A DNA stretch of 62,854 nt, filler included, from Gonapodya sp. JEL0774 (GCA_027604505.1; 19 parts of 19 records of this genome joined end to end with filler, not necessarily neighbours in it), one strand, 5' to 3'. Shown: positions 50,798 through 62,854, counted from the first letter of the whole stretch. Translations and numbers: made by a program. Notes: a model not told the origin generated them from the sequence alone.

Positions 50798-51630
50798 GCG
50801 GCCTGCAGGGGAGAACAAGTGTGGGCTCGTGTGTGTATTCGCAGTGGAAGAAGTTAGTTACATTTCGAACTTCAATCAGTAATGTCGGTTTCTTATCAGG
50901 GTGGTTTGACAAGCGCGTGTCCGAAAAAGATGAGCGCACCAATGGATGAGGGCACATATTCGTACGCAGATCCAATCCATCTGAAACTCCCACAAGCACT
51001 TATTGGCAGCATCAGACGTCATCCAAACATTTCCCAATCTACAAATTTTTCCCCCACACGTTCGGATCGCATACTTACGGCACTTTCGTCGACTGACGGG
51101 TTACTTTGACAGTACTTCGACTTCAACTGACAGTCAACATTTCTTGGTAATTGTACTCTTTCCTCTGTACGATTTGACTTCTCGTGGGTCCCACATCTGA
51201 CTTGGCTCTGCTCCTTTGCTGGTCCAGATCAGCGGCTTCTTCCGATATATTGTCCCATTGAGAACAGCAAGGCAGAAGGAAACTATATACGGCATTGGTA
51301 GCACCAAGCATGGCGCAATTTCGCTGGCTCATTTCAGTTTACTGTCAGTTCCGGTGGATCTAGTACCTATTTTGCTTGTCACTATTAGCTCGTAAATCAA
51401 ATCACTTTTTACGCTGGTGGACCCTCCCACAAGTAATGTAAATGGCTCATTATGTGGCGCAGATCATCAAATTCTTTCTGAATGGCATCGCTCTCATTGA
51501 GCAGCTGATTTTCTGTCGTGTACGTAATGGATTGTGTGGAAGATTCGATGGTGTCGTCTTCAAGCAGAACGTAGATAGTACGAAATCACATACTGACCAC
51601 AAGAGGGAACGACATCATAAAGCTCAATGG

Positions 51631-52958
51631 TCATTGACTCACCTCAGAAGAACGTACTTTTCTTGTCAAATTAAAGGTCCGGCTTTCGTTCGTAAGCTGG
51701 ATGACCTGCCACCCCACTCGATGGATGAACACCATGAACTCCGCGGAAATAGCCACATAAGAATCACCTTTAACTCCAAATCTCTCGATCAGCTCAGGCC
51801 AGTATTTCAAGGCCACTTCGGGATATTGTCTGGCGAGTTCAACAAAAAAAGGGTGATTCATAAGCAGCTAGGCGTCACTTGCTTAGATTCAGAATATTCC
51901 AGAATGCGCTGCTCACTTCGTCCTATTCAACATCCATCTCTCTCCCAAGTCCCTCAACCCTTCTCCATTCCAAGTTGAATCCGCGTCAGTGACAAACTTC
52001 TTGTCCACCGGTACTCCGGCTGCAAGGAGGTCGGAGAGGGGTAGTTGAGCGAGAGGAGAGTCAAAGTTGGGCATGAGGAAGTACGGTAAGGAGGTTCTGA
52101 AGAATTATGGTTTAGAATTGGATGTAATTGACTGTTTGCGATGGGTCACACGAGGCTTCGTCCCCTCGACACGATCACCACTCACCGTCCCTTCCGAATC
52201 TTTCTTGTATCGACTCTATGCGTCGTGGCTCGTGCTGCCCCTCTTGTAAATAGTTCTAGAGGCAATCCGATGTTGGCGACTATCGTGCCAGGTATTGGTG
52301 GTGCACCAAGCCAGGTACCATCGTGGCGTTGGACTTCCAGTCCTGGCTCATCCTACAGGAAAATAGCATGATCGATTGTAAGAAAACTCCCACAACCGTG
52401 CGTGGAAACGTGACCTCACTTGCACCAACAGTGTCAACCAACTTCCCGCATCCCTATGCGGACCGATTCCCTGCACGAAAGCATCTTCCTGCTTCTTTTC
52501 ATCCGTCTCTGTCAGAGCGGGGTAGTATGCAAGCTTGGCAAACAAAAATGGTGGGTTACGAACGAACAGGTCTTCGATATAGGATGTGGAGCATCCTAGG
52601 ACATGAACGATGTGATGGAAAAGGACAAGGGAGGTTCTGTGGCAGGTTTCAAAATATCTGCAGCGAATTGTTAGAAGCAAGCCAGTTATTCCAAGTGACG
52701 CATCGTTAGGGAACTGAGTGAAGTTCTCACCGTTCGATAATCGGTCGGAAGTGGGGCAATGAAGAAGGATCAGGCCAGCGGTTGGGGCCTTCGAGAACAC
52801 GTTTCCACAACGGAGCGGCTGGGTCCTTTGGCATTGATGGAGAAGCGGTCAGAGTAGAGATACGACACTTCGTTACACTGGACTTCTCACCTTGACCTCC
52901 TCTACGTCGAAGCCAAAATCAAGATTCTCTCGTAAATTCTTTTGCGTGGCAAAGATCA
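51631..52958 (-). CDS. 2OG-Fe(II) dioxygenase (IPNS/DIOX-like), 3' part
   Basis: KLAYYP...QGIGPHRDAGSWLTLLVQ|DEPGLEVQRHDGTWLGAPPIPGTIVANIG...RATTHRV...SLPYF provides the HxD...H triad. Confidence 0.88.
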
Positions 52959-53058
52959 NNNNNNNNNNNNNNNNNNNNNNNNNNNNNNNNNNNNNNNNNN
53001 NNTTAATTAATTAANNNNNNNNNNNNNNNNNNNNNNNNNNNNNNNNNNNNNNNNNNNN

Positions 53059-54361
53059 CCCTAGCCCCTCCTCGTGCATGTATCCCAACGAGTTCTGAGC
53101 GTAGCAGTTGCCCAATTGGGCCGAGCGTTCGTACCATTTGACGGCCTGTTCCAGATCTCGCTCCACGCCGATTCCTTCTTCGTAGCAGTGTGCGACATTG
53201 TACATGGAGACGGACTCGCCCTTTTCGGCGGCGCGCATGTAGTAGCGGAAGGCGAGTTCGAGGTCCTGAAAGAGAGTGTGAATAATTAGTTGCTGGGACG
53301 TGGAATGCAACTGCATTCTCGTTTCTCTCGAGAATCATTCTCCACGTTTCGGTCACACACCTTCTCCACCCCAAAACCTTCACCGTAGCAGAATCCTAGT
53401 ATTCCTTCACCTCTAGGTTGGCCTGCCTCTGCCGATCTCCGATAATAGTGTACTGCCTTCACTGGATCCTTGTCGACACCTACCCCATCATGGTAGCACA
53501 CGCCAAGAGCGTAATTTGCTAGTGTGGATTTGTTGAGTGGGGAGGTTGAGCATGCTAGGCACACAATACAACCACGGCGAGAATACAGTGTTGTCAAGCT
53601 CACCAGATGGCATATTACCCTCATCCGCGGCAAGAGTCAACCACTTCACGGACTGCGGACCCACGACCCTGACTTTCTTTATCCAATCTTCCGCCTCCAC
53701 TCGGTCGATTTTCACTCCTGGGCGACCATACTTTCTTAAAAAGGCCAGCCGTGCACGTGCGAGCCCTTCACCTTGGGCAGCAGCGGAGACGTACAGGGCT
53801 TCGGCTGCCTTGAAGTCCTCTCCCTCCAGTCCTAGGCCGAACTCGTTGCAAAATCCTAAGATAGCCTGGCATCGGTAATAGTGATGGCGGGTACAAGATT
53901 CGTTTTGATAAAATAGGCAAATGACAAAAGGTCCGAAGAGAGATAGAACCCACCTCTGCCCTCGCGAATCCCCTCACCGCTGCTCTCCTCAGCAATTTTA
54001 CAGCCACCTTTTGATCTTTTTCCTTGCCTCGTATGCCAAGCAGCAGTTTCTCCGCCTCGGACACCAAACTCCCGAGATCTTCCTCTCTCGACTCCACACC
54101 CGCGGCTGCAGATGAGCTGGAACCCGAGCTCCCGCTCAAGCTCGTCTTACGGAGAAGTTTTGAGAGAAACTGCGTCACGCCATGAGACTGTGATCCGGTT
54201 GCTGGGACTAAAGAAGGGCCTGCTGCTGGGGCGATCTGACCTGTGATTCGCCCAGTCGCGGTCAAGTCCACCGACCCCGTTCGGCGATTTGATGATGACG
54301 GCGGCATCGATGCGAGGTTCGACTGCGAATCTGCCGGCGGTTTGGCGCTGGCGGCAGTCAT
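53059..54361 (-). CDS. Sel1-like repeat protein, 3' truncated
   Basis: Repeated ANYALGVCYHDGVGVDKDPVKAVHYYRRSAEAG, SMYNVAHCYEEGIGVERDLEQAVKWYERSAQLG and AQNSLGYMHEEGLG across exons. Confidence 0.92.
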
Positions 54362-54833
54362 CGTTCCAGCTGGGATCGGTGTGGTGGACAATCTGACTGT
54401 GGTGAGCCTTATCGGAGAAAAGGGACAAACCTGCTGACCCGCATAGGAGGGAACGATAGGAGACAAGCCCAATATCGTGTAACATCTAAGAAACAACATA
54501 CAATGCGCGCGCGAGATTGAGGGCAATTCGCTCACTCATAAAGTAGAACGCTTCCAACCACAGTGCTCACGTCGTTTTGCCCCAACGTCATACTTTCACT
54601 GGCAGAGCATAGCATATACCGGAACAGCCATCAAACATGGATCAAAACGGTAGCTAGGTTTAATTTGAATCTCAATTTTTGCTTTGAGTTATGAGCCGCG
54701 TCCAGAGCCAAAATCAGATCAACCTCTCCCAAACTATCATATGTCTATTTTGTCACACTTTTCTTTATTTTCCAGTATTGTCTGACCCTGAAAAGCTTGG
54801 ATTGAATATCAGAAACTTGGATTATGCTGGCAT

Positions 54834-56259
54834 TCAATGAATTCCCTTGAAGACTGTCAGCCGAACGGCCAGCGCACCCAAAGTGAGAGCACCAACAAAG
54901 TACCAAAGTCCCATGCACACATCCCCATCCCCATTTCTTGAAATATACCAACAATGTGTTGCCTCTGTATCTTCCCTCATCTCAAGCCTGGCTATAGCAT
55001 TCACTTTCGTCATGAGATGATCGTAGAACCTGTCAATCTCCATAGCGGCGCGGAAAAGGGAAGAAAGCTCATAACCTTGTTGTTGGATAGAGAGAGATGG
55101 CGGTAGGAAAATTTGCGTAAATGTCCGGAGGTCTCCGCGGAGTGAGCGACCTCGTTTCGAAGTCGCAAGGGCTGAAGTAGGCGAAACTGGCGTCATCTTC
55201 CTCATCCCCGGAGCTGGCGCCAGCAATGCCAGGTCCAAGTTGAAGCGCATAAGCACGACACGAGAATAGAGCAGCACCAGTGCCAGGTCAAAATACACGC
55301 CAAAGAAGATGTCGACGAATGAGTGGTTGTCCGGAGTGGTCCAAAATGCCCCAGAGTGATATGAGAACCCATACTGGCTACCAAAATGCGTCCAACGTCG
55401 ATAGGTGATAGGATCGACCCAACTCAGTTCGAACGGAGTCGGGCCGCAGGGTGATGATGATGATGGAAGATCCACGTTGAGCAAGCGCACCCAGTGGCCT
55501 GAATCGTTCCCATTCGAGCTGTTGGTGAGGTGTTGTGAACTCGCCATTACGGCAGTCCACACAAATGCGCGGTTGTCGGGATACGACAGCCACCCTCTGG
55601 TGGACTCTGAGGGGGTTGGATCTGCAGGATCCGCAGGGTGGGATGTATCCAAAGTCTTGCCAGGTGAGTTCGACGACGCCAAAGACACCTCATAGTCGCG
55701 AGCTCTGGTAATCCACAGTTGTGGCATAATGTGCAGGTTTTGTTTGGTGACGGGATGCACCAATGGGCATTCAAGCATCCAGTCCCATCTACCAAGGTAG
55801 GCACGACTGATGTAATCTGCGTATGCTGCACGCGATGTTGGTGGAGAGTTACTTTCATCGAGAGTCAACTTTCCAATGCAGGCGTTTTTCCGCCAGTCGT
55901 ATCGGCAATCACTGAGCAGGTCCGAATACCCAAATTTAGGATGCGCGAGAAAGGGAAGTCGATAGTACTTGAAAAGCTCGTTCACCTATCATGTGCGAAT
56001 AACAAGGGGGATCATTAAATATAGGACTGAAACGACGGGGGATGAAACCCACCTGAAGAACGTCAGAGAGGTTCAAAGGATCTTCGCCATTCGAAGCTTT
56101 CGGTGTTTTCCCTGACTCCGTCACCTCGACTTTGGAGGGAAACACTAGATCTACGACCATAAAACCATGCTGGAGTGTGCTAGGAGTACCTTGACTTCTT
56201 GCATCACCAGTCGGAAACTCAAACAGAACCAGGTACGCTCCAGCCACCTCCATCTCAAG
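54834..56259 (-). CDS. CorA-like membrane protein resembling the type III CRISPR-associated CorA effector family; 5' truncated; one intron
   Basis: Intron 55986-56052 (CAG|GTGGGT...TAG|GTG) joins LSDVLQ|VNELFKYYRLPF. Ordered motifs follow: PDNRAFVW, WVRLLNVD, TYRRWTHFGSQYGFSYHS, YFDLALVLLYSRVVLMRF, SIQQQGYEL...MEIDRFYDHL, then a C-terminal hydrophobic helix. Confidence 0.75.
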
Positions 56260-56359
56260 NNNNNNNNNNNNNNNNNNNNNNNNNNNNNNNNNNNNNNNNN
56301 NNNTTAATTAATTAANNNNNNNNNNNNNNNNNNNNNNNNNNNNNNNNNNNNNNNNNNNN

Positions 56360-56511
56360 GGATCCATGGTGTGGTTGATAATTTGGAAGAAACCTGAAGT
56401 GACACATGCGGCGCGGATTTGAGCGGCGAGGGCGGCGAGGTCAGATGGGGAGGGTGTGGGGTTGCGGAGGACGGAGACGTCGATGGTCGGGATTACGAAT
56501 GAGAAAGTCAT
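56360..56511 (-). CDS. 2OG-Fe(II) dioxygenase N-terminus (DIOX_N)
   Basis: IPTIDVSVL...LAAQIRAACVTSGFFQIINH. Confidence 0.85.
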
Positions 56512-59500
56512 TTTGGATCGCGTGTGGGGATGTTGCAGTGGGTGACATGCAGGGTTTCAACGTTTTGTAAGTTTTCCCGGGGCGGGTTCATTGTGACCCG
56601 ACTGAATATATTTTTGTGCTCCCTTCTCGCTTTTCATCGTCGGCATGTCGGAACTCCACGAAACTCCACGTTGTGACAAACGGCTTTATTGCACGTCCGG
56701 TAGACCAATGATTCCCCTTGCTTCTGATCCGCATCCCAGTGCCATCCACGGTGCGTTATTGTAAAATAGATAGAAGACATTGACGACCGCATTCCGCCGT
56801 TTCCCCGGTATCCCGCGTTCATGAGGACGTGGGAAAGTGGAGAGCAGACTGAGCAGTATTGGAGCAAGCAACTGTTCACGAAAACACTATGCTATACTCG
56901 GTATTGCATATGAAATATCCACGCTGCTAATTTACACGATTTTTTCGGACCAGCTGAGCCTTTTGGATTCGATGAGTTGTGGCGTGCCAAAGCCATCGCA
57001 GAAATCGAAAACGTGCCCCAACCCGAAACGTTGGCAAGCACGCCTTACATTCAACTGGCAGAAACCTTTGCAAACGAACAGGCGCAGCGTGTACAGCAGC
57101 TCTTGTGGGCTGCTACAGTGAATCCCCCTTGTTGCACATAGCTGACCCGCTGATTACGTTCTCGATCGCGAATGATTCGCATCGGCGCCTCCTTCGAGAA
57201 GCATCGGCTCTTGCAGATACAAGGCAAGAGCGGTGGACATCGTCGACCATTGTGGCTTTTCAAAGTTGGTTTCGATGCGAATCAGCCGTTCGAGTACGTG
57301 GCATAAGCACCCAACGATTCACCTTGCGTGGACAACAAACTCGACACCAGTTTCGAAGGGCGGTTCGCGGCCAGACTTGGGAACCAGGAAGATTTCCAAA
57401 GGTCCGCACTGATGTCTCTGAGTTCGTTGTCTGAGTTTGGTGCATCGCCTAGTCAGTCCTGCGACGAGCTCCTCGTTTTGCAAGGACAATACTACTCTCC
57501 CGGAGCCCAATCCCGCATCATTCAATTCTATCGGCCGTTTTTCTTTGTTGGTGGAGTGTTTGCAGTAATTGAACTTGAGCGTTGTTTGCGAGCAACGCCA
57601 CGTTCCATTTCTGCAAGCGATTCAAACCGCGACGTGTCGCGCCTTGCCTCCATCTCGCCAAGCTCTACTCGGTCATAATCTACAACATACATGATGCTCT
57701 CTCTGTGAGCTCAAAGCGTGCCTCGGGAAAGCCCCTTATAATTGTCTTTACTTGCTACGTTTCAACCATTTGCGAGTACATCACTCCGTCCGCTCCTCAC
57801 AATTCACCATTATTGTTCCGTCAGTGTCACTGAGGACGTGCACAAATGGCACTTGAATCTGCCTTCAGAGGGCATTCACATGAGTGCCAGGTGTTCCAAT
57901 TCTGCCTCAGCAACCGCCCCGCGCTAGCCCAACTGCTCTGCTTGAATTGGGCATGGAAGCACCACACACCCGAGAGCTGACCGTCGTTTATGAAGCCCGT
58001 TCCCTTGTATCCTTGTTCTTGCCCTCCGCTGACGGCCTGCATGGGACGCACCCTGCAGCGACTGATGCCTGTTGCTGTGTGCTATGAAACTTGAGACGCA
58101 GATGTGTACTCCTTGCTTTTTCGCGTGGTGTAATGTTCTGGGCCATGGGGGATTGCCCAGGCGTGACTGGCGACAGACGATCCTCAAGTATCGACTATCG
58201 TATCTTGTCACAATCATGTTCGTTGTGATCCCACTTCTCTTTGGCTTTTGACCCTCTATTCAGATCCACATGAGCTCCGTGCACAATTGATAACCGTGCA
58301 ATGCGCTTGACCTTGTCTTCTCGAACACCCACCGTTGGTAAGCTCTGTGCCTTTTGACAAGGCAGGTCCACACATTAAGGCCGCAAAACAGCTCATTCTG
58401 CCTGCGCATTTCACATCAGTTGCACCAAAAACTCCGCCCACTCGAACCGTCTCCTCCTGTCCGCAATGCAATTTCACCGACATACCACCGTTTCACCAAC
58501 CCGCCATTTCGCAAAGAACATGCTTTACCGTTCTCCTGTGTGGTTGGTGTGCACGGAGCGCCGACGCCCGGGCGGGAAGGCTGGCACGTGTTTGGTGAGG
58601 TGATCGGGTCCACCTGCCAGCGTGACAGCGACCAGCGTGGTACTTCTCTACGTGAACATGCGAGACGGACCTGATGGAAGCTCCCACGCCCAGCAAGTCA
58701 CTAGTGTTGATATCGTAATACAGCCATGTACACGCAGTACAAAACGTACTGTGAAATGTCTACCGAATATATCTCTCCGCGTCCGTGGACATCAAAATTC
58801 AAACCGGTACCTCCATCCCCCGTGCCCCGCCCAGGCTCGCACCGTCCACCCTCCCACCTGCCACTTCCCATGCCCTTCCCGCACCCACCACCCCGACCGG
58901 CTCGCCCGGCCGCCCGTCCAGTCCCACCTGTACCACCGCCTGTCCCACCCACGACCCCCTCCCCTCCGGAGCCCCGTACCGGCGTGCCCGAGTCTCACTG
59001 TACCCCATGTCAACCAGCACTTGTCCCTGGAGACCCTCTATCTGGTTGACTTTGTCGTGCTCGGACACGCACCCGTGTTCCCTCCTCCACTCCACATCCC
59101 CCCCCCCCCATCACGCCACGCCCTCCAGGCTCCACCACCACGAGCCCTCACCATCTACCCTCCCTTGTGTCCGTTGTCCCGCGGTATTCCCCTTCCTCCC
59201 TCTCTCCTCCACTGATCCTCCCACGTCCCACTTCCTCCTTCCTCCCATCCCACCCAAGTCCCTAAACACGCACGCTCCCAATCTCTCCTCACCGAAACAT
59301 CCACAAGAGCAACAAAAAGCTCAAGACACCCGTCAATCCACCGAGGACCATCTGGTCCCGGCGCTTTTTGGAATAGATGGACGACACGAGGGAGAGGAGG
59401 GTGGGGAGGCGGGCTGGAGGTGTGGGGGGAGGTTGGCGTTGTTGTGCGGTAAGAGGGGTGGTTGGGAAGGGGAAGGAGGAGAAGGAGAAGGGACGGGCGC

Positions 59501-60002
59501 GGGCGGGCGGGGGAAACGAGAGGGGGTGCGGGGGGTGTCAGTGAGGCTCAGACGGGANNNNNNNNNNNNNNNNNNNNNNNNNNNNNNNNNNNNNNNNNNN
59601 NTTAATTAATTAANNNNNNNNNNNNNNNNNNNNNNNNNNNNNNNNNNNNNNNNNNNNTGGAAGCAAGTTCCGCTGACCATCAAGACCAACTTTGCACTCT
59701 CCATTGATGTGGTCTTGTGCATTAGGGGCGATTTTAGTAATCTCGTAATCTGCATCACTATTACAGTCGACTCTCCACAACTGCATACTTTCTAAGTGCA
59801 AACACTGTCTGAGTGCAAGGAAATGCTCCCACCGAGTCGGTGGGGCAGGTAAATGCAAGGAATCTGTCTAACTGCTAACTGCAAGGCTTGTCGGCGGGGG
59901 GATAGGGAGTTTGCAGTTAGGGAGAGGTGTACCCAGAGCAGCAGAACAACAATCAGCTCCAATTTAGAGTATTTTCAGTGTACAATAAATTGATTTTCAT
60001 GC

Positions 60003-60585
60003 CTAGATGTCAATATGTGAACAGTACGTTAAATGTACCCCCATTGCGATACTGAAAAGTCAAAAAATTTGTTCTGTTTTCATCTGCGAACATCACAACA
60101 CTGTAAGAAGAGAACACACCTCTGAGCTACGAGCATCAGCGTCATCAGAATCCAATTCAGCAATCGCTAATATCGTTCCTGTCCATTCATTGTGAACCTT
60201 CTTGATGTGATGTTTCGCAATCAAACCCACACGGCAACCAAGCTGCAGATGAATGGACCATCATTGGCAAACCATCCTTGAAAGATTGACCGCACGATTG
60301 CCTACCGCTCCCGTTCCATCATCCTTCAGGAGGTGAACTGCTCGGGCAGGAAAAGAACCTGTTCGATTATGGATATCGTCGCTCAAGTCCGTGGTGACAG
60401 CGGCATGTGTGATCCTTGACTTGATTCTTCACAAACTCACGCCTTCCGCTAGTAGTTACTGTTTCAATAGCTTTGACTTTCAAGCCCGTTGTAATGTAGA
60501 GCCCACAACCATCAGGATGATTCAAGCATTTCCGACCATTGTCTGTGAATGTCCGACCCACAGCAGTTGCGTTGAAATGGCCCAT
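60003..60585 (-). CDS. Four-exon passenger gene inside the transposon: small Cys/His, HIRAN-like protein
   Basis: Spliced MGHFNATAVGRTFTDNGRKCLNHPDGCG...SGR|RSFPARAVHLLKDDGTGA|LGCRVGLIAKHH...ARSSE|YRNGVHLTYCSHIDI*; all three GT-AG introns keep the frame open. Confidence 0.65.
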
Positions 60586-60705
60586 TATTTCACAGTTTTG
60601 TGAACGAATTGGGAAAATTTCTTTTGCAATTTTCCATGGGTGCAGTACTGCCCCATTTTTGTTTGCATTTTGAAACTTGGGATCGCGCATCCCACACCAT
60701 TTGCC

Positions 60706-62485
60706 ATGTCCAACACTGAGTCAAGAGTCTTAATCTCCTTGACTGGTGCCCAGAAGCAGGAAATAATTCGCGAGCATGACCGGCGGATCAAGGACACAGG
60801 GAGGGTCAGGAACAGCGACCTCGCAACCTGGGCGTTCAGGCGTTTTCAACTTCACAAGGAGCCTGACAGTTCTACCATCAGCCGTATCCTCAAGAATCGC
60901 AGATCAATAATGGCTATAGGCAAGGGCAACCTCCAAGCAAAACGTCTTGGAGCAATGGTTGCAGACAATCCCGAGCTGGATAAAGCCCTCGTAACCTGGG
61001 TCCATAATGCACTCCACATGGGCGTTATGATCTCAGGCCCACTTATTAAGGCACAAGGTCAAAGATTTCTCGAGGAAATCAACAGTAAACTCCCAGAAGA
61101 CAAGAAGATCAAGTGCCAGTTCTCCGAAGGGTGGCTCACAGCTTTCAAATCCCGTCACAATCTCCGAGCTTTCAAAACACACGGAGAGAGCAGGGATGCA
61201 GACACAGCTGCACTTACTGCTGCTCTCCCAGATTTGCAAGCCAAAATTGCGGAGTTTGCTCCTGAAGATGTGTACAATGCTGACGAGACCGGCCTCAACT
61301 TTTCAGCATCACCTGACAAAACCATTGCTTTTCAGCGGCCAGAAGGACGAAAAGTGGACAAGACTCGTATCACTGTCTTGATGTGCTCCAATGCAACTGG
61401 GTCCGACAAGTTGCCTTTGTTTTTCATTGGGAAGTCCAAATCTCCCCGGCCTTTCAAACGCAAAACACCGGCACAACTTGGTCTCAATTATGACAGCAAT
61501 GCCAAGGCATGGATGACCACTGAATTCTGGGTACAGTGGTTGCAGCGCGTCAACACTCATGTTGCGCAGGGCAACCCGGACCGGAAGATTCTCCTCATCA
61601 TCGACAACTGCCCTGCCCATGGCAAACCCTCCAATCTTACCACCTTTTCGAACATCGAGATCCTTTTCCTCCCACCCAATACGACATCTAAACTCCAACC
61701 CATGGATGCTGGGATCATTGCCTCCCTGAAGCTTCATTATCGAGGGAAGCAAATGCGACAGGCGATTGACCGGATGGAAGAACTGGTCGACAAGGATTCC
61801 GTGGAAATTTCGGAGGAGGAGAGAAAAAAGAAAGCGGAGATTTACAAGGTGGACATCTTGACAGCAATGCAGTGGTGCAAGGTTTGTTTCGATGAACTCG
61901 AAGTGCTGTGGTGCGAATCACAAACTCATATTTTATTCTCAGGCGGTCTGGGCAAACATGCCTGTTACAACAATTCAGAACTGCTGGGCTCATACAAAAC
62001 TGATGACAAAGGAGAGGATTCTTGGTGTCGTTGTTTTGGGAGGAAGCTCAGAACCTGATGTTGAGGTGGATCAGAGGGACAAGGAAGCACGAAAAGAGGT
62101 GGAGGAAGCAATCAGTAAGCTTGTGGGACAATTTGCGCGAATGACGGTTGATGAATTCATAAACCAACCGGGAGAAGAACAAGTGGGTGAGGAGGTATCT
62201 GAAGGAGACCTGATCACGGCAGCAGTCGGCAGCATCCTCGGAGAGGATGCAATGTCAATCAGTGACAGCTCCAACGAAGATGATGAGGGTGGTGAGGTTT
62301 TGGAGTTGAGTCTGGCAGAGAGGCTCAGGAGTCTTGCAATAACTGCAACGGAGCTGGAAAAGAGGTCGGACACCCTGTCACAGACCACATTGCGAGGAAT
62401 TCGTACACTTCAACGTGAACTAAGGCTGGAAAAGCAACTAAAATTATCTCAGTCTACTTTGGATAGGTATTTTAGCATTAAATGA
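60706..62485 (+). CDS. pogo/Tigger transposase (CENP-B-type HTH plus DDE_1, DD33D)
   Basis: FSEGWLTAFKSRH; VYNADETGL; LIIDNCPAH; FLPPNTTSKLQPMDAGII; intron 61882-61942; C-terminal QSTLDRYF resembles a PIP box. Confidence 0.95.
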
Positions 62486-62854
62486 GAGTTTTAAGGCCAT
62501 CACTTTACAAGTGCAAACTCTGTCTAACTGCAAGGAAAGAGTGTGCGGGACGGTTTGCAGTTGTAGAGAGTCGACTGTATATTCTTCCCTCTTTGTATTT
62601 TGCTTTCAATCAAACCCAATACAGTATGCAAAAATGGATTCGGACTGCAAAGCAATTGGGACTATTCAGATGGATTCAGGGACCTCTTTTGGTCACCGTA
62701 TCACAAGAAATTTGTCGGAATCAGTTTTTGGATTCAGACAACCTTCTTTGGATTTCTATTCAGAAGAGCTTTTAAACCCACTAATGAGGACAAATATTGC
62801 TTGCTAGTACAACATACAAGTGCTCCTCAGGAGTAGTGTGGCATTCTCATGTTG

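Larger units (their letters stand above)
59764..62577 (+). mobile_element. Complete pogo/Tigger-type (Tc1/mariner superfamily) DNA transposon, 2814 bp
   Basis: 22-bp TIRs CAGTCGACTCTC(C/T)ACAACTGCA at 59764-59785 and 62556-62577 with one mismatch, each flanked by TA (59762-59763, 62578-62579). Confidence 0.95.

Noticed and set aside
52348..56511. Apparent cluster of two 2OG-Fe(II) oxygenase pieces around the Sel1 and CorA-like genes
   Set aside because: They lie on three separate contigs; nothing shows they are linked or belong to the same gene.
56600..59557. Short ORFs, Pro-rich ORFs and a possible LTR start (TGTTG at about 58704)
   Set aside because: No coherent gene model, second LTR, primer-binding site or domain motif could be supported.

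Overview
This window is not one locus. It is 19 unrelated contigs of about 3.2 kb, sorted by decreasing length (3234 to 3197 nt) and joined by artificial 100-nt N...TTAATTAATTAA...N linkers, so adjacency across linkers means nothing. The DNA is eukaryotic, with short GT-AG introns. A Zn2Cys6 transcription factor together with flagellar genes (SPAG6/PF16, a SAXO-type protein) points to a zoosporic (chytrid- or monoblepharid-like) fungus. Housekeeping fragments include Nup192/205, SmD3, NDUFA5, Vps33, an amidase, two 2OG-Fe(II) oxygenases, a Sel1-repeat protein and an L10K/DUF2462 protein. Repeats and mobile DNA include CpG-decayed tandem repeats, copia relics, a Harbinger end with its Myb/SANT gene, and one complete pogo/Tigger-type transposon. 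Four observations stand out. (1) An intron-containing fungal gene (54834-56259, minus) carries the ordered motifs of the bacterial type III CRISPR-associated CorA-like membrane effector. (2) An intact 2814-bp pogo element (59764-62577, TIRs plus TA duplication) carries a second spliced Cys/His, HIRAN-like gene head-to-head with its transposase. (3) A predicted splice-joined fusion links a PPPDE/DeSI-like peptidase domain to a sterol 3-beta-glucosyltransferase. (4) An intronless lipase plus F-box contig with a terminal repeat array may derive from a large DNA virus. All family calls come from motif recognition by eye; no searches were run.
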